From NCBI GenBank assembly GCA_964016885.1, contig OZ024741.1:202430001-202494000 (forward strand): DNA of 64,000 bases, read 5' to 3'. The notes under the pieces were generated by a model. It saw only the letters and a program-made list of their open reading frames with translations, did no database searches and had not been told where the DNA came from. Source of the DNA: Eledone cirrhosa (Eukaryota). The translations under genes and the position numbers were made by a program. This document shows positions 14,586 to 26,989 of the stretch, one piece after another (within the stretch, counting starts at the first letter, position 1; every line of letters starts with the position of its first letter).

Positions 14586-15670
14586 ACAGTATGTAAACAA
14601 AATAGGGAGATAATTAGGTGTTTAATTGAGTACTAGCAGTGGCGGACAGCAAACGCCAAGAGGATATAATGTAATAATTCAGTCTAGATAATTTTGCAAC
14701 CATATCGGACAAGTGACAATTATAGAAAAAAGATTGGCAAGCATCAAGTGTCATAAACCAAGTTATTAAAAACAACAAAGATAGAAATACAGTGTGATGC
14801 GTGCGACATACAAATAAAAGTGTCATCGATAGTGATAGTCGTAATAGGAGTAGCAATATGTGTAGATGCCCAGAGTAATAAAGGGTAATTAAATGATTGA
14901 TAATATAAGAAGCTACTTAACGACACCCAGAAAATGGCGTCAACATCACGTGACATTAGTGGTGCCAACATTTCATATTCAATAATTCTTCTATTGAACA
15001 AGTGAAAAGTTATGAAAACTAAATCGTGAGCTACAGGATTTTACCATGAAGCGCAACGGGTTTTCTTTGCAGTTGTTGTTTCCTATGAATCAATAACCAA
15101 CTAGTAGTAAAGCCGAACTTAAATAAATCTTAATTTACAAACGAAGAAACAAGACATTAATAATTACCCCAACTGTTTTATCAAAACTAAGTTTAAAGTT
15201 GAAAAGATTTGTATAGGAATTATAAAATACAACTAGTATGTAATCTCTCTCTTAAAAAAAACAAAAAAAAAAAACAACAAATGACGAATTAGTTTATTAT
15301 AAGTATCTCTAAAATTCTAAACTAAATACAGGTTATGAAAACTAAATATTGAGCTTTAGACTTTGATCAGAAAGTAAAACGAATTTTCTTTGATACTTAT
15401 TGTCTTTCGATGAAGCTTACTTTAAAAAGCAAGGTACATGACATTAGATAATAATTACCCACAATTGTTTTAAATCGAAGATTTACGATTTTAACAGTTT
15501 GCTATATATACCTTCTTTTAAATTATCTTGATACTTTCGTAACAGTATGTAAACAAAATAGGAAGGATATAATTAGGTGCTTAATTGGGTACTAGCGATG
15601 ACCTACAGCAGACGCCAAGAGGCTATAAGTTCTATTTATATTAATACGACATTGTTAACGAGTGACAATT
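14586..15670. repeat. Two diverged local duplications in LCLAT1 intron 1 (A 14586-14720 / A' 15541-15670; B 15010-15180 / B' 15332-15475)
   Basis: aacagtatgtaaacaaaatagg...acgccaagagg shared by A/A'; gttatgaaaactaaat...taattaccc shared by B/B'. Confidence 0.75.
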
Positions 15671-16833
15671 CGCTACTAATAACAAGACACCTTCCGTTTT
15701 TTTTTCTGCTCAGGTAAAGGTTCTTAAAGTGACAAAACTCAATATGCAGATGTTGTTGTGTTGTTTTCGTATAACCCTAGGTCAAGCAGACATGATAAAA
15801 AGCATTCCCGTCTTTTTAGGTGTATATAAAACTACATTTTCCAATGTGTCCTTCCTCTTTTTAAAAGGTAGAGGGGAATTTGGCTGCTATTTCTAGCAGG
15901 CCACACGACCATGAAGAGTCTCTTTCATTGTCACCGCAGACGTTTTAATTTTCCGAAGAGGTTACTCAAAATCAAATAGTAAACTGTTTTACATTAAATA
16001 TCAATAAAAACTACAAGGAACCATAATCACGACTGTTTTGTTCAACTGTCAACTATTAAAAATATCATAAATACCTGTTATTTTAAAATTAACGTTTGCA
16101 ACACCAAAAACAAATATTTCTGCGCACAACTTAGAAAGCACCTGCTCGTTTGCGTCGTCTACGATATTTACAATTAACGTTGTATTTTTTATTTTATTCA
16201 GCAAACTAAATAATATACTTAGCTGTTATATTATGTAATTTACAAAAGCGAAGAGAATTTCATGAGTTAGAGGACGAAGAACAAAAGTTAACCAGCTGAA
16301 GGGAAAGTAAATATTAACAGCGACATATTTCCATTTTAACTTAATATTAAAAATTACATTTATTTTAAAGAAAGCTAGGTACAAAATCTTTGCGATACAT
16401 TGACATCTTCGGACACTTACCTGATATCGGAACAAAAATTGACTCTTTGCAAAGTCAAAGTATTCTTAGACGAAAATTTACAAAACTTCTATTTATGAAA
16501 ATAGAATCGAGGTCACGTGCAAGGAAATAAATCATTATAGTAAGCAAAGTTAACAAACTATCGACAGAATATATATATTAAACGAATGATTTGTTTTCAT
16601 TTTTTTTTATTATTTTTATCGTTCGTTTGCTTTTTAGCAACTGTTAAGTGATAAGGAATTTACTGTAAGCGAAAAATGCTATCAATTAGTTTCGCAGAAT
16701 TTAAAAGTAGAGGAAATACATACCTTTTTTTTATTAATTTAGTCAATTTATTGACACCGTATTATATCACACGCGCACATCCAGTTAGGGAGATAGGTAC
16801 ATATTCTTAAATAGAAATATCAATTACACTTAC

Positions 16834-17010
16834 CACAACGTAGAGTTTCCATGAAAGAACGATCGTATCTAATAACCATCGTCCCCAGAAGGGCTCAAAG
16901 AGGGTAACTGGCAGAACGGGTGTCAGCAAGAAGAGTGTCCCCATCATGCTACTGAGGAATACAAGACAGCTAAAGGTCACTCCGAGACATACTGCCGAGC
17001 GACTGGTCAT
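16834..17010 (-). CDS. LCLAT1: Lysocardiolipin acyltransferase 1-like, coding exon 1 (59 codons, hydrophobic N-terminus)
   Basis: ATG at 17010; MTSRSAVCLGVTFSCLVFLSSMMGTLFLLTPVLP...WKLYVV resembles the LCLAT1 N-terminus; donor GTG|GTAAGT at 16833, phase 0, matching exon 2. Confidence 0.85.
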
Positions 17011-17019
17011 CTTCAACTA

Positions 17020-17130
17020 GATTCATTCACTAACAGAAGAATGAATGAACGATAAACAGCAACAACACCGGTAGCCCTTAGCAAGCTGTTTTATCTTCTG
17101 CTTGACTTCCGTCCGTTCCGCTCGAGCCTA
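17020..17130. promoter_or_regulatory. Putative LCLAT1 5' UTR/promoter with ETS-type motif
   Basis: ACTTCCG at 17105-17111 followed by TTCCG, about 100 bp upstream of the ATG, inside a CpG-preserved region. Confidence 0.45.
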
Positions 17131-17359
17131 GCTTTCGTCTTGTTTAACCTTCTTCCTTTCATTTATTATTCAACTCTTGACATTACGATTTTGCCTTATA
17201 TTTCCTACTGGTTTCTATTTATTTCGTCTATTTCCTTTTTGTTGTTTTTTCCTTCCAATTGTATATCTGTAGTAGAAATTGGGTGATGCCTTTTCAATCT
17301 AAAACACCCTGCTAGCTGATACGACACCATAAAGACTATTTTAACTACAGACAGATTAT

Positions 17360-17408
17360 ATGACAGACTTGAGAAAGTCTGAAGCAAAAGTGAAGAAAGC
17401 AGAAGAAT
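17360..17408 (+). CDS. Candidate first coding exon of an unidentified divergent gene (MTDLRKSEAKVKKAEE, phase 1)
   Basis: ATG, 16 open codons, then T|GTAAGC donor; head-to-head with LCLAT1; no second exon found in the window. Confidence 0.3.
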
Positions 17409-18599
17409 GTAAGCAAAGTCGGCTATGGGTAGCTGGTTTTGACTGTTAGTGCTAAGTGAGTTAGTAAAAGATGCATGACGGTGAAATGTAGCAAGTAGAA
17501 TGAGAGGAGAAGGCGCAGGGTACGCTCATAGGAGACGAAGGGGAGGAGAGAGAAGTTAGGGTAAAGGGAAACAAATGTTATAATTGTTGTGAGTCTGGAA
17601 CGATTAGAAGAATATAGACAGTTGCGAACGAAGTAAATCAACGACGACAGTACTACGAATGAAAATATTTTTTTCCTGATGTCAAAGACCACTACCATTT
17701 CTTATGACTAGGCTTAATTGTTGAATTATAAAATCTTTTGCTAATAATGAATAAATGTATTTTCTAGATTTAGTATATAAATATATATGCATACATTTAA
17801 TTGTCGAATAAATGCATTATATACTTTTTTTTTTATGTTTATGATTAGAACTTAAAGCTATAATTTAATCGGTAAAAATCCAATTCATATTTTGGTTCAA
17901 TAAATTTTTCGTTGTATTAATTTAATCTCCCTCAGAATCATAACACGAAATACGTTAATACAGTTGTTCCTAAAGTTGGTGCAACAATAAGGATAGTGGA
18001 TATGTTTGAGATATCTGTTATCTCTCCTATCTTAAAGTAGATGGGGTTTTCAGAATTCTAAATACATATATGGTTTCCACCAATCTTCTCCCACCCCCGG
18101 TCTTAAAACCGCGCTCTCACCAGCTAGATATCCCATTCACCTCGTTCATGTCCAACTTGCATATTCGTTCCTCTCCCCATTTACCACACTTTCAAGGCTC
18201 CTATTCTGTCCTGTTCAACCCATGCATACAAGCATAGAAAGCTGGACACGCTCTACATCTGCTCTTCTATAATCCTGCTACCACTATATGTATATATTAA
18301 TATATATGTGTGTGTGTGTGCGTATAACAAAGAGGATGTGGTAAGATACCAGGTGGACCATAACGCACCTGAGTACTCAATACTTTGGGTAGTAGAGTGG
18401 GTAATAGGAAAAGAGTCAGCCGTCGGGGTCCTGACTCTTTTCCTATATATATATATTGCGTGCTCCGGAACCCCGGGTTCTCGCCTTAGACATGAGCAAC
18501 GCACTATTCTCTGTCTCTAAACCTGAACCGTTAACGGCTTGAACTCCCCACCCATTTTCTTTTAGCTCCCCTCTACCTCCCTACTCCACCACTTACACA

Positions 18600-19490
18600 C
18601 TCCTACCCAACACCACCATAGACACACACACAAACGTACTCACATTTATATATATATACCTCACTAATCTGCTAACTGACCCACCAACCCTACTAGCACC
18701 AATAACCCCTCCCTACCTCACCAACCCCACTGACCGTACACACCACAACACTCGTGTGATACAACATACACACGTGGCAATATACATACACACACACCAA
18801 CATTAAAAATAATAGAAACATCACCTACACACACCTGCCTGTAGACACTCACAGATAATACACACATAAACGCAACCGGACACACTCGCACACTTAGAAT
18901 TTGCAAAAAAGCCCCTCTACATACACACAACCCTCTGTTCTGCCCTCTACCTCACTATTCTACGAACTGATCCACTACCCCTATTAACACCACTAACCCA
19001 TCCCTGCCTCACCGACGCACCACAATACACGGCTTTACTACTAGCACCGCCCCCACTCTCCCTTCTCAACTCACTTCCATTCTGCGTGCACCACCACCTC
19101 CCCCTCCTGTGCTCTTCCGCCCTAACCTAACCTTCTGGCCTCGTGTACCACAGTGACCACTGCTCTTTGGAATACCCGGACTACTCCACTCATAAACATG
19201 CACACTCACACACATGTACATAAACATACACACTCACACATATGTACATCATTTACACACGTGGTAATATACACGCACATACACTGACATACAAAGAACA
19301 ATAGAAACATCAGTTGCACAGACATATATACACACATACGTACACACTCACACATAAAAATCACCCACATACACCTACTTGTAGACACACTCAGACACTC
19401 ATTCAACACACGTGATAATACACGCACTCACATACATAGAACATACAGAAAAAGCCCCCCCCCCCCCTCCACGCACACACACACATAGAA
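18600..19490. repeat. CA-rich low-complexity tract with diverged internal duplications
   Basis: cctcacta..ct...aactga.ccac.accc at ~18660 and ~18950; cacacgtgg.aatataca...aatagaaacatca at ~18770 and ~19256. Confidence 0.6.
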
Positions 19491-19710
19491 CCAAAACCTG
19501 ACGGACTTCACTTTACTTGGACACATATTGAAGCCATGCACATATACCAATTTCTCCCACTTTGACACACACACTCACACACAACCATTCCACTCCCCCT
19601 CCCCCCAGCCTGGACCTTTCACCCACCACCCACATATATAAATATAGATTTAGCGAGAATCGCATTTCGGCGGGTAGAAAAGGCGAAACGAAACGCAAAA
19701 AATCAGAAAT

Positions 19711-19893
19711 AATTGTTTCTACTTTAGGCACAAGGCCAGCAATTACCCAGTGCATTACTGGTACTTTATTTTATCGACCCCGTAAGGATGAAAGGCAAAG
19801 TTAACCTCGGCAGGATTCGAACTCAGATCGTAAAGGGACGTAACTATGCTGCAAAGCATGGCGCCCGACCCTCTACCGATACTGCCAATCCAC
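19711..19893 (-). mobile_element. tRNA-derived SINE (same family as 4415-4600)
   Basis: Reverse-complement match including the B-box and the gtagaaacaatt tail. Confidence 0.9.
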
Positions 19894-20065
19894 GAATGCT
19901 GGCAAGGACTCCATAGTTAAAAAACCAGAGCTAAACAATATGTTAAGACGCCATACAAAACTGAAATAGTGGTCAAGAAAGCATCAACCACCTAAACCAA
20001 AAAGCAAATCAAGCTAAACAGGTCAAAACAAAATAAATGATAAAAAAACAAAATAAATGATAAAA

Positions 20066-20187
<122 letters not shown>

Positions 20188-20189
20188 TT

Positions 20190-21395
20190 AATTTCCTTCG
20201 CTAACTACTCTTACATGTATCTATTCTCTCCTTATCCAAACTTTCCTGAAGAAGGATTTCTCTCTGAAACGTCAAAACCTCCTCCACTTCCACCAAGTGT
20301 GAATCTAATATAACTGTAAAAATTGTCTCCTGTGTTTTTTTGTTTTATTTATCAACTATATTTATATCATCATTGATTAATGTCTATCTTCAATGCTAGC
20401 ATGGGTTAGATGGGTTTGTCCTATTTAGAGGCAAGTTGGGTCAGGTGACCGTGTCTCGCACATACAGGAGTGTTTCTGGCAGATTTTCTATAGCTGGATG
20501 CCTTTCCTAACGCCAATGACATTGACAGTGTGTGCTGGGTGCTTTTTACCGTGTCTTTCACACGTCCACTTATATATATATGCTGAGCTTGTTCTCCCTT
20601 TTAATAGTTTTTCCTTTTCCAGAGAGTTTTACCAACAGGTCTCTGGGGTAGCCATAGGTACAAGAATGGGCCTTATCTATGCCAACTTGTTCGTTGGTTA
20701 CGTTGAGGCCACAATCTTAACCCAGTACACATCTCACTTTTTTCCAAACCCACCTATCACCACCTTTAAGTGCACCTGTAATCTCCGCCACCTCCTGGGA
20801 CATGCTTTCTTCGTTCCTCTCACAGGACCCCATCTGGCTCACATCTTCGCTGTAACAACTGTCCCTTCATTTCTAACCTCACCACTCTCACAGGTACTAA
20901 TCATTCATTCCATATATGCCACTACTTCATCTGCACATCAACCACATAGTCTATGCCCTCCTGTGTTCCCTTTGTGAATTCTTATACATTGGACAAACAG
21001 GCTGCCGTTTGGTGGACCGTTTTGCTGAACATTTGAGGGACATACAACTCAGTATGGATACCGCCATCGCTTGTTATTTCTGTTCCCCAGATCACTCTTC
21101 CCCACATGTCTCAGTCATTGGTATCCTTTTACATCATGGATCACAAGCCTCGCACACAGGACTGAGCAGAGTCGAATTTTCCCCCATGCGTGGAAAATCA
21201 GACTCTAAAAATTTTGTTTCCCATTTCTGCCACTGCTCGTCTCCTCAATCTTTCTATTTCTTCTCATTCTATTTCTGATGAATAACTAGCATCGAAAATG
21301 TTAAGACTCTTTTCCTACTATATCAAGCGTAAAACTAATAATATATTTCTTCATTGTACTGTGTTGTTTGCTTTGTTATTTCTGTTTGCCTTTTG
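20190..21395 (+). mobile_element. Penelope-like element remnant (RT fragment, GIY-YIG endonuclease, two pLTR-like repeats), interrupted by an RTE 3' UTR at ~20370-20570
   Basis: FYQQVSGVAIGTRMGLIYANLFVGYVE (PLE RT); IVYALLCSLCEFLYIGQTGCRLVDRFAEH (GIY-YIG); homologous repeats at ~20230-20350 and ~21265-21390. Confidence 0.85.
20241..20278 (+). ncRNA. Minimal hammerhead ribozyme core, CpG-decayed
   Basis: CTGAAGA (20246-20252), short stem II, GAAACGTC (20266-20273) with palindromic ACGT stem III, in a Penelope pLTR. Confidence 0.6.
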
Positions 21396-21399
21396 CATG

Positions 21400-21444
21400 C
21401 ATACATACATACATAAATACATACATGCACATACACACACACAT

Positions 21445-21494
<50 letters not shown>

Positions 21495-21505
21495 GCATAC
21501 ATATA
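21400..21505. repeat. (CATA)n/(CA)n microsatellite
   Basis: Seen directly. Confidence 0.95.
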
Positions 21506-22199
21506 CAGTGGGAGAGAGATTTAAAGCCAAAAGATTCATTTGATTTTTTACCTAGATACAGGGCTCTCAAGAGAAAATTTCACAAGGCAAAACAAGATTG
21601 CTTTTGGGCTCTGGAAGTGGAGGAACTGTTTTCATCTCTGTATGAGATATTCATGGGTCCCTTTTGTGTTTAACGGATCCTTTATAGCAACATACAAGTT
21701 TCCAAATATGGAATAATACACTTCTTCAGGTACTGACAATGTTTCAAAAGTTATTTACTTCTCTCACACACAAGTTTAGACTGAAAATAGTTTAAATTTA
21801 ACATTACCTAACTCAGACTTCTAAGATATCTTCCTTAAAATCCCAAAGAAATAAGAGTTATCACCATCATCATCACTGTTTAACATCCATTTTTTCCACA
21901 CTAGAATGAGTTAGACAAGTTGTCCCATTGTGAGGCAAGCAGATCAGATGACCATGTTTTGCTCATACAAAACTGTTTCTGGCTTATTTTATGGTTTCTA
22001 TGGTTGGATGCCCTTCTTAATGCCAACCACATTTACAGTGTGGACTGGGTACTTTTTCTTGTGGAACCGAAACAATCTGCAGAACAATCTACACATAAAT
22101 TTTGACAGTTACGAGAATAGAAGGATAAATAATGTACTATTTTCCTTTGAAAATCCTGCTGTCCCAGCTGTCATGAATCTGGTTCAGGAGATTTCCAGA

Positions 22200-23730
22200 T
22201 AAAGAACTCGAAGTGTCATCTTTATTGAGGCTGAAGGTCACCTTAAGACCTAGGAGAATCATTTCAAAAACATCCTAAATGTTGCAACTTCTGCTGAAAC
22301 TAATATTCCCATTAATAAAATCTTCAACACATTTAATAACATCAAACAAGGAGCATTCTAGCAAGATGAAATCAACTCAGCAGTCTGTCCAATGAAAACT
22401 GGGAAAGCTCCTGTTTTTTGTGACTTACCACCAGAGTTCTGGAAACTCCCCAAGGTGAAGAAGGTCCTTCGGAAGTTCTCCAATGAACCTTACAATAGCA
22501 ATTGACCCTAGGGTTGGGATGTATGAGGCCTTTTTCCAATCCCAAAGAAAGGTGATCTGTGTTTCACAGACAACTACAGAGTCATATCTCTCACTCAAGT
22601 TGCCTCCAAGATCTACAATCATTGTTTGCCGAGCAGAATCCGTCCAGTTATTGACACAGTTCGTCATCCAAACCAAAAGAGTTTCTGAAAGGTAGATCCA
22701 CAACATTTTACCTTCTTGTTTACGCAGAATTGTCAAGGAGCTTAAGAATTATGACAAGGAGGCAGTTCTAACATTCATTAATTTCCATAAAGCCTTTGAT
22801 TTAGTTGATTGTACCTAACTTTTCCTGATTCTTGAAGCTTATGGAATTCCTCTGAATGTGGTTGTTGCTGTTTGTGTCATGTATGAGAACACCTTAACTG
22901 TTATTCTTACACCTGAAGGAGAAACCAATATGTTTTCAATCAATACAGACGTTTTAGTGATCCACTTGCTTTGTACTTTTTTATATGATTGTACTACGTC
23001 CTTCACACTGCCATACAGATACTGACGGTATAACTATCAAGAGATGTCTGTGATTCACTGTCATCAAGCTATTGTGTTCCCTGATCTTATGACAAGGAGG
23101 CAGTTCTAACATTCATTAATTTCCATAAAGCCTTTGATTTAGTTGATTGTACCGAACTGTGTCAATAACTGGACGGATTCTGCTCAGCAAACAACTATGC
23201 AGATGACATAGCTCTTCTGGAGGACACCATTGAATCAGCTCAGAACCTCCCCCATCAAGTCGAGACTGCCTGCCAAGAGATAGGTTTGTTTCTCAATGCT
23301 TCAAATACTAAATTCATGCATTTAAATCCATTCACTCTCAGTCCACTACATTATTCTGATGGTTCACCTATCAAACTGGTTCAGGAGTTTAGGTATCTGG
23401 GTGGTTACATTAACTCTGAGCATGATATGACCACCAGAATTAGTCAGGCATGGAGTGCAATAAATTCACTGCAAAAAGTCTGCAAGGCTCCCATCCTAAG
23501 ATCTACGAAGTGCAGGGTTTTCAAGGCTACTGTCAAGGCCACCTAGCAATATGGTTTAGAGTCCTGGACTGTCAGCCCACTCAAGGAGGCTTGATGGTTG
23601 TTACACCAAGACGTTATATGTGCTGTTCAACATTTCATGACAAAGTCATGCTATCAACAAGGTTCTTTATGGTGACCTGCCATGAGTTTCATCAAAAGTT
23701 TAATCTCATCACTTGGCTCTTGCTGGTAGA
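22200..23730 (+). mobile_element. Decayed RTE-clade LINE RT region (second subfamily)
   Basis: IPKKGDL, DNYRVISL, FINFHKAFD, YADDIALL, FRYLGGYI motifs with stops and frameshifts. Confidence 0.85.
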
Positions 23731-25479
23731 CTGGTAGTGTTTCCATCATGATGAAAAGCATCTCTAATTTTCTTGGATTCTGTTATTTATCTGTTGAATT
23801 AATTTGAATTCTATTATTGTACACTCTACATGAGGGTGTAGCATGTGAGTACTGTAAATGATAAGGCTAGGGTTACATGTGGGCAGGCCTACACATGCAT
23901 GAATGCACAGACACACACACACTTCTTCATATTGGCTTGCAGAATTAAGATAAAGTAATGAATGATAAAGCTGGAGAAAGTGCTAGAAATAATCAGGCCT
24001 TGGTGGAATGGTGCATGTTGACTAGAAAGGGGTCTAGAGAAGTGTATTTATGAGATGGTTTGAAAGCAGAATGTTTTGTTATGCACAATAATACTTAAGA
24101 AATGATTAAAAGTAATCACACAGAGTAACAGAATAATATCTATTTTGCCTGCACACATCCGTTATTTTTTTATATAAATTCTTTTTTTCTTTTTTAACCC
24201 GTAATTCCTGAAGGAGTTGTAGAGGCGCCATATTGACATATGGCGTTTCAAACCTAGCAAAGTCTATTTCCTCTCCAGGTCTGAATACCTTCCAAAGAAG
24301 GATAGAGAGTGAGAGAAAGGAAATGAGAAAGACATATAGAGGAAGAATCAATTCCAGAACTAGACTGGTACTTTTTTTTATTGACCCTGAATGGATGAAA
24401 GGCAAAGTTGATCTCAGCAGGATTTGAACTCAGAGATCAGAGAGTCTAGTACTGAATTAAATAACATGAATGTTAGAATGAAGGAAAGTTGATGTGTCAT
24501 GTTTTGGTTGCAAAAACTGAATTACCACGGATTCAGTTTCCCATTTATATCATGCTACTGCATAGCTGAATACCATTTTGCATACACTAATTATACAGGG
24601 ATCATTGTAGCAGTCTGAAGAAGCTGATCTCTCCATTGTCCAGTCCATTTCCGTACACCAGAAGATTATGGCGGTGGCCACACAGCATAGAAAAGCAAGG
24701 TGGACTTTGTTAAAGTGCAACAGTTGTTCCTCGGCACTTATTGCTCTTAATGCGTTTCCCAGCACAATGTTTGAAGATAGGGAAGTATTAATGCGGTAAC
24801 TATTTCTGTGTGTATGCATTTTATGTTTATCTAGACTGTGTGGGATTAATAATGTTTTAGAATGCTGTTGCATTATGGAAAATTGTGAATGTGTTTGGTT
24901 GTTTGGAGGTGATATTTTTATGCAGTGACAGGAACTTTGAATGTTGGAAGATGCTGTAACAAGCTCTTTTTTTCTGCATGTTCAAAGGAGCTTTCATTTT
25001 TAGTATTTTTGTTTTGTCAAGACAGGTGGTATATATGTGGTGAAAGATATGTTTTCCCACAGTCTTTTCCTTGATGGTCAAGTTCATCTGAGACCTCGCA
25101 GAGGTCTCTATAGGTAGATTTCCTTTGTGGAAGTAGCCACCATGCCAATTGTATAAAAGGAGGACATTTTCTAAGGCCGTCTGTTTTCTATAAAGCATCT
25201 AGCAGTCATTATAAATACGGTTGTTTGGTCCTAGGATGGACATTCTCTTGCACATCGCCTACTTGACAACACAGTTTGCTACATACAATTTACAACTACA
25301 ACTATTTCTGTGGCAACACAATCACTGCTTACTACCAGCTTGTCACTTTTTAGGGGAACAGCCCAAGGTAAAAAAAGTGACTACTTGCCTTAATGAACAC
25401 TGTCCAACATAACTGGGACGACCTCAAGTGCAGGTCTGCCTTCAGGCAGATCGTGTCTGGCTTGGATGAACACCATCTT

Positions 25480-26150
25480 ACCTGCCTCTAATCTGTTTCG
25501 CAGCCAAACAACGGTGTGTGGCTCAATTCGGTGCCCCCTCATCAACTGGTACCCTTCTTGATGAGTACACTCATATTGGAGTGGCCCAATGCCTCGGCCT
25601 CCACATGTGTGAACCACACAAATGGCATTGCGGGGCTGTTGTTCATGAGTTTGGCCTGCACCCCCTGTCATGCAGCCAGAGCGCAGGCCGGTTGCCCTAA
25701 CATGTTGCTTTCAATAACATATTGAGGAGCCTGAATACAGTCAGCTTTCTGTCACAACCGGAGCCAGCAGGCCTTGATTGTGGAGACAGCAAGCTCTCCA
25801 ACAGAATTACCCTCTTCCTATTTGAAGAAAGCATATCCCTCATCTGGGATGCGACATGCTGTGGCACATTCTCCAGCTTAGTCACTTCGGCCACAAATCC
25901 CAGTACCACTGCCCATAATGCAGAGGACAAGAAGACAAGCAAATACTAGGACTTGTCTGGCCACTTATTTGCACCAGTAGCTGTTGAGACCTCAGGCATC
26001 CTCAGACCCTAGATAGCTGAGCTCTTCCGCAAAATTGGAATGTCAGCAACTTGTCCGAGGAAGGAACCTTGCGTGGTGGGGTGGCTGTTGCAGCAGGTGT
26101 CTCTAGCCATTGCCCATGGAAATGCCTTTGCAGTTTTGTCTGCGGGGTGC
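25480..26150 (+). mobile_element. CRE-like non-LTR retrotransposon 3' part (zinc knuckle plus restriction-like endonuclease)
   Basis: CEPHKWHCG...GLHPLSC, EPAGL, LIWDATC, AEDKKTSKY, PVAVETSG. Confidence 0.8.
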
Positions 26151-26529
26151 AACCAAAACATTGCCCCAACGTAGGCGTAGAGTCCTTCACCCTCTCTTTC
26201 TTCCGTTACCTAATAGTTCTTGTGCTTTCCCTCCTTTTCTTCTCATTTATGGCATTTATAGTCCTTTCCTTTACTTTCCTATGCAGCCAGATCTGCCCTT
26301 CTTTACCTCTTCCCCACTTTTTTCATTATTTGAATTTTTATATTTCCATCATTGTATAACTTCTGTCTGTAAAGCTGATATAATAATAAACAAAAAAAGT
26401 CTAAAGTAAAAAAAATCATCAATTGTATTTACAACTAGACCACTGTTGGGTCACATTCACTTCAAAATAATTTTTGAATAATTAAAATATACACAGACAC
26501 GTATATGATGTGAAATGAAACTGGAAGGC

Positions 26530-26712
26530 CTATATATATACATGTGTGTATGTATATATATAAATATGTGTGTGTGTATACATATATATATATATATGTG
26601 TGTGTATATATATATATATGTGGGTGTCTGTGATCTATATACACTGGTCATAGACACACACACACATATATATATATATATACACACACACACTCACATA
26701 TGTATATACACA
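26530..26712. repeat. Interrupted (TA)n/(TG)n/(CA)n microsatellite
   Basis: Seen directly. Confidence 0.9.
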
Positions 26713-26989
26713 ACAACACCACCAGCTATCTCACAACCACTATCTCTTTCTTTCTATCCTTCTCTCTCTCTATTTAAGAAGGTACCCGAAAAAAACCCAT
26801 ATCTCGGGAACCTGTCCTCCGATTTATGCGAAACTTGTTTTATTCCATTTGTATTCGCATTTCAGGGTCAACTTCCTTTCAAAGTATTTTCCCATTATGC
26901 ACCCCTTTGGCTGTATTACATTACAGACAAGCAAGCAATCGCAGAGTTTCAGTAATATATAGATTGGAAGTTGTTGTATTTTTCCTTTT

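Noticed and set aside
21298-21673. Several 60-100 aa ORFs rich in HT/CV/YI (also at 26457-26955 and 19206-19427)
   Set aside because: Translations of microsatellites
24550-25230. ORFs of 107-113 aa on the minus strand
   Set aside because: No recognisable motif; probably decayed TE sequence and cannot be assigned
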